A stretch of DNA of 64,000 nt from Octopus vulgaris (Eukaryota), in assembly GCA_951406725.2 (NCBI GenBank), contig OX597830.1:23932001-23996000 (forward strand), in the 5' to 3' direction. Each line of letters begins with the position of its first letter. The first letter of the stretch is position 1. The translations under genes and the position numbers were made by a program. Of this stretch, positions 54,081 to 64,000 are shown piece after piece. A model generated the notes under the pieces. That model saw only the letters and a list, made by a program, of their open reading frames with translations, was not told the DNA's origin and made no database searches.

Positions 54081-54804
54081 CTTGTCTGTCTCAGTGGCTG
54101 GCTGGCTGCTGTATGGCTGAGTGGCTGTTTATCTATTTATTTATTTATTTATCTATGTGTATGTGTGTGTGTGTTTGTGTGTGCAGGTCTTATGCATGTG
54201 AATCTCCTCCAACACCCTCTATACGACCTTGTATTCTCCCTTGTCGCCAACGATACACACGCGTTCACATATAAATTTGACATGGGCGATTCTCTCTTGT
54301 TTGGGGATTCAAGGTCAAACGGCTGGGTGGAATTGCGCGAAAAATTACAAAGATGTGTTGAATGATCCGGTGGTGATACTAGGCTTTGTATTATTTCATA
54401 GCTCCCATGGTTTCCGAGATAATCTATTATAATAATACTCTTGTGTTTATGAATGGGAAATGAAGGGGTGATAGATAAATAAGGAAGGAAGGGGTAATGT
54501 CATACTTGGTAGTGTACGCTGAAAAAATAAATCAAACAGCATTTCAACTCTCTATGAATATATGTGTGTTTGTATGTAAAAGGGGGTATGTGAATGTTTG
54601 TGTGCGTGTGCACGCACAATGGAAGTGGGATGGTTCATCTTTGTTCGCTTAGTATTTGGGTTTATCTTTTGATTTGGTTGAATCTTTTTTTTTGTAAGTT
54701 ATTTTTCGCGTTTTGACAGAAATAAATGTTTTTCTATAATTGTTTTTCAACGAAAGCGTCCCCAAACAATTCGAATGCTTACACGGAGCAGGTTTTACAG
54801 CCAC

Positions 54805-54845
54805 ATCATCCAAACCGGCTGGGTGAAACCGGGCTTAGCTTCTAG
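54805..54845 (+). mobile_element. Possible Helitron 3' terminus
   Basis: GC-rich imperfect hairpin (ccggctgggtgaaaccggg) followed by ttCTAG|T. Confidence 0.4.
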
Positions 54846-54942
54846 TATATATGTGTGTGTGTTTCTGTGTTTGTGTGTGTGTGTGTTTCTGTGTATGTAT
54901 ATATATATACTTTATTTAAAAGCAACAGAAATATAACAAAAA

Positions 54943-54980
54943 CTGTTACTCAGAGATTCACGTTCCCGTTCGTCGGACAG
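54943..54980 (-). ncRNA. Minimal type-I hammerhead-like motif, CCGACGA core, one core mutation
   Basis: ctgt CCGACGA acg ggaa cgt GAATC tctga GTA acag. Stem I ctgt/acag, stem II with GGAA loop, A15.1 mutated to T. Confidence 0.55.
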
Positions 54981-55018
54981 GTTTGTTAAAATAGAACAGC
55001 ATATTACTCAACATCCGG

Positions 55019-55056
<38 letters not shown>

Positions 55057-55063
55057 TATATAT

Positions 55064-55340
55064 ATATTCATATAAAATACAGTGTACATTAAAACACATT
55101 AAGAGGCTTCCATCATAGATGGTAAATGTTTTTGTTTTTCATTCCCTTCGAGAATTTATTCCCTAATTAGTTGTTTGGACTTTAACTGTTCTTTCTAGCG
55201 TAATGGATTCCTATGATGGAAGCCTCTTAATGTGTTTTAATGTACACTGTATTTTATATGAATAATATATAGTCTATTGACTAATTTTCTTGTACGCTAG
55301 GCCACTGGTAGTAAATATTTCTATAATTTTTATTACCCTG

Positions 55341-55341
<1 letters not shown>
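55064..55341. mobile_element. (TA)n-embedded element with ~54-bp inverted repeat
   Basis: tattcatataaaatac...ttccatcatag (~55064-55118) inverted at ~55211-55264. The 3' part is homologous to 3957-4102. Confidence 0.85.
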
Positions 55342-55379
<38 letters not shown>

Positions 55380-55484
55380 TCAAACATATAAGGGACGGCC
55401 ATAATAGGACATCCGACTCACTAGAAAGAGCAGCCAAACTCCAAACCACTAATAGTTGTAATTCTGAAATGGAAAGAGAAATAA

Positions 55485-55618
55485 AAACGTTTACCCTCTC
55501 CTTTCTGGATTATGCATAGTTTCGGCAATCTTATATAGTCTATTGACTATTTTTTCTTTCTCACTTGACCGCTGGTAGCGGAGAATTTTTCTAGAATTTT
55601 TTGCTACCCTAAAATTTA

Positions 55619-55681
<63 letters not shown>

Positions 55682-55814
55682 CTATTTTTCTCATTGTACC
55701 TAAAATTTATTATATATATATATATATATATTAATAAATTTTGTATGCGAAAAATAGTCAATAGATATATAAGATTGCCGAAACTATGCATAATCCAGAA
55801 AGGAGAGGGTAAAC

Positions 55815-55819
<5 letters not shown>
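55485..55819. repeat. ~70-bp inverted repeat carrying the 3' half of a hammerhead-like motif
   Basis: aaacgtttaccctctcc...ctattgactatttt inverted at ~55750-55819. Includes gcc GAAAC TATGCATA ATC cag. Confidence 0.85.
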
Positions 55820-55862
<43 letters not shown>

Positions 55863-56560
55863 TCATTGGTGTATGCGTGGCTTTGTGCTTGTGCTTGTAC
55901 ATTGATTGTGTGTCTCATTTCTGCGGTGTGGCGTTTCCTTCTTACGTTGGTAGATGCGGATTGTTAATAATAAGTTTATGATTTGTTGGCAAGTCGTTGT
56001 TGGTTGTTTTGTTTATATATTTTTGTTTTTATTTTTATTTTTACTTCGTTTTTATTTATTTTTGTTAATATTTTAAAATTATTTTTCTTGTGTATATGTG
56101 GATATATGGGTAATTTTCTCTTCTAATTGAATGTTTTGAATAAGTTAATTTGAAATAGTTTATTTCAAAAAAGTAATTAAGCAATTAGCTATATTTCTAA
56201 TGAATGTTTCATTTCAAGACTGAATGTTTTCAAGTGAACTGTTATCTGCGAATATGTGTTGTTCATGGGATGTTTTGGACAAACAAGTCTTTGTGCATTT
56301 GTGTCTGGGTCAATTTGTATTTCGTTAGGATTAGACGTCTTCGGAGATACATATGTATATGTGCGTACGGGTGGCTGAGTGCATGTGGTTACTTGGTGTG
56401 GTTTTCTCTAGAATAGTTGAAGATTACTTGTTCTGTCAGTGGTTAAACGGCAAAAAATTGATGTTCCCACAAAACATCCCCATATATATATATATGTATG
56501 TATGTATGTATATATAAAACATATGTATATTTAATGCATTATATATATATATATATATAT

Positions 56561-57352
56561 AATGCAATAAAAGTATCGCCCGTAAATAACAATTATTTAC
56601 CGAGAAATAACTTTGAGAGTTATAGCCAAAAAATACGACAAATTTATTGTCAGGACCTTTGTAAGGTTCAGTATATAGTCGAATTTATCGATTTTTTCAG
56701 AAAGTAAATAAGATGGCTAGCAGCAGGCTGTTTCGCCTCATACCGAAGGAATTAGAGTGAATGGCAGTCAAAAGATGCTAGCCATCTTATTTACTTTACT
56801 ATATACTGAACCTTACAAAGGTCCTGACAATAAATTTGTCGTATTTACATACCGAAATTTACCATCTTAAATAATTGTTGGTTACGGTAAATAATGAAAA
56901 ACCACAGGTGAATTATTTACCATTTTTATTGCATTACCATGTGGATTCCTCATTCCATTACGATTACCCAGAAGGCGCGCATAGCAGAATTTTGGAGGGA
57001 AAATTTACGTTCCCAGTCGTTACTTAGTTTTAACATCTGCACACTTCCCCCCACTATCTGATGTCGCTGGGTCGGAAGTGAGGGCCAGTGGCATTTGGTA
57101 AAGCTATCGAATATAGCGCCGATGACGGAATTCAAACTACTCTATGTTTGTGATCCAGAAACACGTGTTCGTTATTAACGGTAAGTGACTGCATTCGTCT
57201 ATTTGCTTCTCCGGTTTTGTGTATGTGAGCCCCATGGGCCTTCGTTTTTGGAATCTCCACTTATAGAAAATGGAAATAACGGTCTTTGACTGCCATTTCT
57301 AATTCCTTCGGTATGAGGCGAAACAGCCTGCTGCTAGCCATCTTATTTACTT

Positions 57353-57361
<9 letters not shown>
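56561..57361 (+). mobile_element. Non-coding hammerhead element: 556-bp terminally redundant unit preceded by inverted pieces of itself
   Basis: 30-bp direct repeat at 56776-56805 and 57332-57361. 56631-56679 and 56701-56775 are reverse complements of unit segments. (TA)n flanks. Confidence 0.8.
57113..57175 (+). ncRNA. Minimal type-I hammerhead-like motif, CCGAUGA core
   Basis: atagcg CCGATGA c gga...tcc a GAAAC ACGT GTT cgttat. 6-bp stem I, palindromic ACACGTGT, GUU triplet. Confidence 0.65.
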
Positions 57362-57388
<27 letters not shown>

Positions 57389-57399
57389 GTAATACATAG

Positions 57400-57435
<36 letters not shown>

Positions 57436-57447
57436 AAGTAATATATA

Positions 57448-57504
<57 letters not shown>

Positions 57505-57742
57505 CAGGGTGTTCAAAAAGTCTCTCTGCAGTGAATGTTTTCTCTCCAAAATGTATTTCAAAACATGTGTAAGAAGAGTCAACTTATGTATTGGAAATGA
57601 AGGACGACACTTTCCACACATCTTATAAAGTTTTTTAAAGTCTTGTAAAATCTAATATGTCCTTCTGTGGCCTTATACCATCTTCTAAATATTTATTTCG
57701 CAATAAAAATACTTACTGCGGAGAGACTTTTTGAACATTCTG
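57505..57742 (+). mobile_element. Tc1/mariner-derived MITE
   Basis: TIRs cagggtgttcaaaaagtctctctgcagt / actgcggagagactttttgaacattctg. Interior retains transposase C-terminus RVNLCIGNEGRHFPHIL*. Confidence 0.88.
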
Positions 57743-57753
57743 TGTAGATATGT

Positions 57754-57798
<45 letters not shown>

Positions 57799-57811
57799 AA
57801 CACACACAAAT

Positions 57812-57886
<75 letters not shown>

Positions 57887-58137
57887 TAGATATAGATATA
57901 TATGTATATATATATATATTTATAAGTATATATGTATATATTTGATTATATTTCCATGTGTGTGTGTGTGCATATAAATGTGTGTGTGTCGTGTTTTCGT
58001 TTCCTTTTCACAATCGTTTATCGAACGGTGTCGGGTTGTTTACGTCCCCGGTATGATAGAGGTTCGGCAAAAACACACTGTGAGAATAACCGCCGACTGT
58101 TTAAAAATAAAAATAGGAATATATATATACACACACT

Positions 58138-58362
58138 TATCTCTTTACTGTTTTACTTGTTTCAGTCATTTGACTGCGGCCATGCTGGAACACCGCCTTT
58201 AATCGAGCAACTCAACCCCGGGACTTATTCTTTTGTACGCCTAGTACTTATTCTATCGGTCTCTTTTGCCGAACCGCTAAGTAACGGGGACATAAACACA
58301 CCTGCATCGGTTGTCAAGCAATGCTAGGGGGACAAACACAGACACACAAACACACACACACA

Positions 58363-58436
<74 letters not shown>

Positions 58437-58582
58437 TACGACAGGCTTCTTTCAGTTTCCGTCTACCAAATCCAATCACAAGGTATTGGTTGGCCCGAGG
58501 CTATTGTAGAAGACACTTGCCCAAGGTGCCACGCAGTGGGACTGAACCCGGAACCATGTGGTTGGTAAGCAAGCTACTCCTG
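58138..58582 (-). mobile_element. Near full-length SINE family A
   Basis: High identity to the 21291 and 38235 copies; small deletion in the head. Confidence 0.94.
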
Positions 58583-58647
<65 letters not shown>

Positions 58648-59208
58648 CATTAACACATATACATTTGAGACGTTGTAGTGTAGGCACATACGAGGTAATC
58701 TAATTATTGTCTCGTTATTAGTCTAGCTTTAACTGTGAGACACGTACCGTCAAGTGAATCATTTCAATATACAGAAATATGACGGGTTTCAGTGCAGATT
58801 CCGTCTCACATATTCCATTATTCCATTATTCCATTCACAAATAATTCTCCGCGAAGCTCTAGTGGACGAGACGTGTTCATGTTAATGATGCTACCCAGAG
58901 GGATCGAAGTGTTATGTATACATGTCTGACTGGCTGGCTGTCTGTCTGTCTGTCTGTCTGTCTGTATGTATGTATGTATGTATGTATGTATGTATGTATG
59001 TATGTATGTATGTGTGTATGTATGTATGTGTGTATGTATGCATTGTGTATGCTATGTGTGTATATGTGCGTGCGTGCGTGTGTGTGTATGTATATTAATG
59101 TATCTATGTAAGTATATGGGGAGGTATGTAAATGTATATATATGTATATATCGTGACATGTTTGTTAAAAGTTCGGCTGCTAATACTTTCCCACTATCTA
59201 TCTATCGG

Positions 59209-59313
<105 letters not shown>

Positions 59314-59589
59314 AAATTTATCTATCTGTCTGTCTCTGTCTATTTCTATATCTATCTATAACCATATATACATACACATATTTATGTATATATGCCTGTA
59401 TATATACATACATACACACGCGCGCACACTCACACACACACACACATACACACACACACACACGCGCACACACACACACACACACACACAAGCTTCGTGG
59501 CTGATAGCGATTTCAAATACCACCTCGTCACTATGCTGGACGTTTAGTCCTTTAATTCATTAATAATCGAAGTTTTTCAACTCATAAAT

Positions 59590-59850
59590 GGAGGCGCAAT
59601 GGCCCAGTAGTTAGGGCAGTGGACTCACGGTCGGAGGTTCGTGTTTATTGAGCGAAAACACCTAAAGCTCCACGAGGCTCCGGCAGGGGTGGTGGCGACC
59701 CCTGCTGTACTCTTTCGCCGCAACTTTCTCTCACTCTAACTTCTGTTGGCCTGCTCGTTTAGCCAGCGTGGTGGCGTCATTTGAAGGCTAAAACAATGCG
59801 AAGCGCATTGTGACCAGCAATGTGTAGCAACATCTGATAGCCTGGTCGGT

Positions 59851-59858
<8 letters not shown>
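59590..59858 (+). mobile_element. SINE family B2 (same head as B1, different tail), B box deleted
   Basis: ggaggcgcaatggcccagtagttagggcagtggactc...gcgaaaacacctaaagctccacgaggctccggcaggg...ctggtcggtcacgtgat + (AT)n. Confidence 0.92.
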
Positions 59859-59903
<45 letters not shown>

Positions 59904-60456
59904 TATATATAAAATACGCGTACATTTCAAAATATGTTCATTCAGACCTGATGAATTGTCTGTTGCTGGAAGGAATACGACGAAAGAATATGACAGCGGA
60001 CCACGTTGCGAATCATCTGTTCCGAAACAATAAACTCTATCATATAAATTTAGAACTACTTCACCAGCTGATACACCAAACGCATCTGGGTGGGTGTATG
60101 TATGTGTGTGAGGCCATACACAAATATCAGTTGGCTATAAGTGTATGTAAATGTAAAAATATATGCATGTATATATCTACACATATATATATTTATATGT
60201 GTATATATATAGGTGTGTATGAGTGTGTACGTATAAATGTATATATATATACATACATAGACAAATATGCCTATACCTTTACACATACATATATGTATAT
60301 ATATATATATATATACACACACACATATATATATATATACATACATACATATATCTATTGTTTAATGATGCTATATTTCGTGAAATATCCTCCTTACCAA
60401 ATTTATGAAGAAAATATTCAGATATTACCTACAAGCCATTCTGATATCTCTCTTTC

Positions 60457-60504
<48 letters not shown>

Positions 60505-60528
60505 TCATTCTTTCTTTCTTTCTTTTGT

Positions 60529-60571
<43 letters not shown>

Positions 60572-60799
60572 CTCTCTCTCTCTCTTTCTCTCTCTCTCAC
60601 TCACTCTCTCTTTCTCCTCACTCTGTTTATTATGAATACGGATAGTGTTACGGAAACTTAAGCGTTAGCAAAATTAGTGATCCCTAAATCCACTCAGGAT
60701 TTTGTATGTGCACTGGTGTTTGTTGCCTAAAGGGCTTCGTTCAGCACCGTTACCAACAGTATATATACGTACATATATACATATATGTATGTAGCGTGT

Positions 60800-61565
60800 A
60801 AAAGGAATATCCAGTTTTAACAAGGAACAAAATCGGAATAAAGACATTTCGGACAGTGGTACTTCGTCAAGGCAAGAAATAAAACAGGAGAAAGAAAATT
60901 AATGTATACAGTGTATAGGAGTACAAGAGAAAAAAAGTAAATGAAGTATAAAGCACTAGGTAGATGTCTCTATATCGACATGTTTAAGAGGAAAGCGTGC
61001 CAGTTTCTTACGGCGGGTAGCGATAACTGTATAGTGGAAGATCAGTTATTGTTTACGAAGAAAGCGAAACATTGGTCATCACCGAGTTGCATAATCCCAA
61101 GTCAGTGTAACCTTTCTGGTAGTGTCTGAAAGAGTTCAAGTGGAAGGAAATCATCTGATATGGCTTGGTGCTGTGGTAATTTTGCACATTTAAAAATAAA
61201 CCAAGAAGTAAGGTATTTGTACAGAAATTAACGGATTTGGAAACCCTGATACGCAAAGATAAGCTACATGCATCTAAAGAAATGATGTTGTGGGTGAACA
61301 AACAAATGTTTAAAGAAGCAGATGCAGGCAAAGATTTTAGAATGAGTGAAGAAGGGTCTTTGGATCTATACACTGCATATACACTGCAGTCATATACAAT
61401 GGAGTCACAAAGTTCGAAATGGCTTGGGAAGTATTGCTGCTGAATTGAAGGAAAAGGATGAATAACAGAACCGTACACCGTAAAAGACGGCTGAGAGGAT
61501 TGTTGCAGAAAGGAGAAGGTGAAGTACGTGGATAAATAAATTGGCAGGCCGTTTTTCTGCGTATA
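60800..61565 (-). mobile_element. Possible very decayed PLE fragment
   Basis: CSLSLRIRVSKSVNFCTNTLLLGLFLNVQNY weakly resembles the PLE RT thumb. A damaged TTGACGA...GAAATGTC motif lies at ~60842-60870. Confidence 0.3.
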
Positions 61566-61579
61566 TATTGCTACATGTA

Positions 61580-61870
61580 TAAAGGAGGAGACTCCCTTCG
61601 GTCATGAATGACCACCTAGAAAGTTACTCTCCGAAGTACAAGTCCGGGTAACGATGTTTGTAGAAGGCCAGCAGTCGCCCATGCACACCAGCCTCCCCTG
61701 ATGTTATCCAAGGGAAAGGCAAAGGCCGAAACATCTTGGCACCTGTGATATTGCAACTCACTTCTACAGGGGAGTTAACAGGAGCAATATGAAATAAAGT
61801 GTCTTGCACAATAACACAACACACAGCCCTGTCCAGGATTCGAATTCGCAGCCGCTGAGCCATAAGCCTT
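61580..61870 (-). mobile_element. Old tRNA-headed SINE with family D-like body and probable RTE-derived tail
   Basis: B-box-like gaattcgaatcc, gtgttgtgttattgtgcaagacactttatttcatattgctcc, tail tcggcctttgcctttcccttgga...gggcgactgctggccttc. Confidence 0.6.
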
Positions 61871-61882
61871 CACTACATGCAT

Positions 61883-61927
<45 letters not shown>

Positions 61928-62015
61928 TATATATATGCACATATATGTATATATATATTTTTATACACACACACATATGTTTATGCATATATATGTATAT
62001 GTATATATATAGATG

Positions 62016-62063
<48 letters not shown>

Positions 62064-62083
62064 TATATATGTACATATAATAG

Positions 62084-62135
<52 letters not shown>

Positions 62136-62891
62136 ATGTACATATATGGGTATATATATATTGCTATAAGTATATATACAGAAACATATATACATATAGA
62201 CATATACTGAAATACACATCGACGTCCATTTAATTACACACATATACACGCACATATAATAAGGACAGACAGACAGAAAAACTGACAGGGACAGAAATAG
62301 ATAGTAACATGCATACATACATACACAAACACATACATACCTACATATACATATATACACGCACATACATACGTACATTCATAAATACATACATACACAT
62401 ATGTAAATTATCATCTGTTACTCAGCAAATATTGTGTAAGAGTAATAATATATATGCATGAGTCTATGAAACGAAAGTTTCTTAGATAGACAGTGTGATT
62501 GTGTATAACCGAGTGCATAACATTAAGTATATAAAGTATGTGTCAATGAAGAAGTGAATGAGTATATATATATATAGCGCTCTCATTAACTGTTCAGCTG
62601 CCATATTGTTGAATACACCAAACATTGTTAAATTCAACGTTGACTATTAATCATATTCAAGGTTCTAGAACCAATACAGTACAGCGAATTAGTGTATATA
62701 CGTGTGTGTGTTCGCATGTGTGTGTGAGTGTGTGTGTGTGTATATATATATGTATATAGGTATCTTTGTGTGTATGTAGAGGTATGTCTATATATATATA
62801 TATTATATGTAATACATATGTGAGTATATCTATATTATATGTATATCAATATATTGTATGTATATCCGTGTATTATATATATATACATACA

Positions 62892-62950
<59 letters not shown>

Positions 62951-63365
62951 TGTGTGTGAGAGAGAGAGGGGGTAATATCAATAGATGCACTCAGCTGGTG
63001 AATAGAACTTCACTGCACGCACCAGTAAAACTTCACTGAAGCCATGAAACTTCATCATGGTCGTCATCATCATCATCATCATCACCATCATCATCCTCAT
63101 GAGAACAATAGTTGCAGGGGTGGGGAGCTCAGCGGTAGCGGGTGCAGCGGAAATATCAACCGTAGAGAAACAAGAAAATAACAGTAAAAGTGAAAACAAA
63201 ATTAAAACTCGGAGAAGGAAAATTTACTCGTTATGTATATAGTTATTTGTGTACAAAATGATCCACATCAGTATATACACATATTTGTATGTGTATATGT
63301 ATATATATACGTATATATATATATGTATGTATATATATGTATATACATATGTATGTATGTCATGC

Positions 63366-63403
<38 letters not shown>

Positions 63404-63532
63404 GCATGCATACAAGAGTATATATTTTCATATATATGTACAGGTATATATGAACAGGAATTATATCTATACACATATATCTATACATTTATACGTATGT
63501 ATATATATATATATGTATGTATATATATGTAA

Positions 63533-63586
<54 letters not shown>

Positions 63587-63639
63587 ATGTATATATGTAT
63601 ATGTATGTATATATGTATATATATGTAAGTATGTTTATA

Positions 63640-63731
<92 letters not shown>

Positions 63732-64000
63732 TGTATGCATGTATGTATGTATGTTTGTACGAAATAGAGGTTATATTTATTGGAAAACAGTCATTGATTT
63801 AATCCCTACATACAACTCCTCACGCAAACGCTCATATACTTATATATACTTATATATACATACTAGAATGCACAAACACCCATGTATAGATATAGGTATA
63901 CACATATTAGATATGTATGTATTGCATATACATATATTTAAAGTATAGATAAATATACATACGTGTAGCCACCCACAGTTATTTATATTAATATTAAGCG

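Noticed and set aside
59944-60000. CTGATGA...CGAAA hammerhead candidate
   Set aside because: Stem II is weak and there is no stem III or stem I partner.

Overview
This 64 kb window is eukaryotic, very AT-rich, intronic or intergenic DNA dominated by microsatellites ((TA)n, (CA)n, (TATC)n, (TACA)n, (TAA)n, (CAT)n, (TTC)n). The SINE and LINE repertoire points to an Octopus (coleoid cephalopod) genome; this is an inference. No host protein-coding gene can be supported, and almost all ORFs in the track are microsatellite read-throughs. The real coding remnants are all transposon-derived: a young 5'-truncated CR1/L2-group LINE with an open RT-to-C-terminal frame, a decayed R4/Dong LINE plus three Dong 3' ends beside (TAA)n, Penelope-like element (PLE) fragments (Nematis-type GIY-YIG, Naiad-type RT thumb), Tc1/mariner and hAT-Buster remnants. 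Non-coding mobile elements include pogo/mariner MITEs, Helitrons and at least four tRNA-headed SINE families. The main signal is about ten minimal type-I hammerhead-ribozyme-like motifs in short non-coding elements, mostly embedded in (TA)n. Five have a recurrent non-canonical CCGANGA core across four unrelated backgrounds, and one has a compensatory G3-C8 core swap. One lies in a tRNA-promoter + (TAA)n + hammerhead composite, and one lies in a terminally redundant 556-bp monomer resembling a retrozyme/circRNA unit. All calls are by eye; no searches or folding programs were run.
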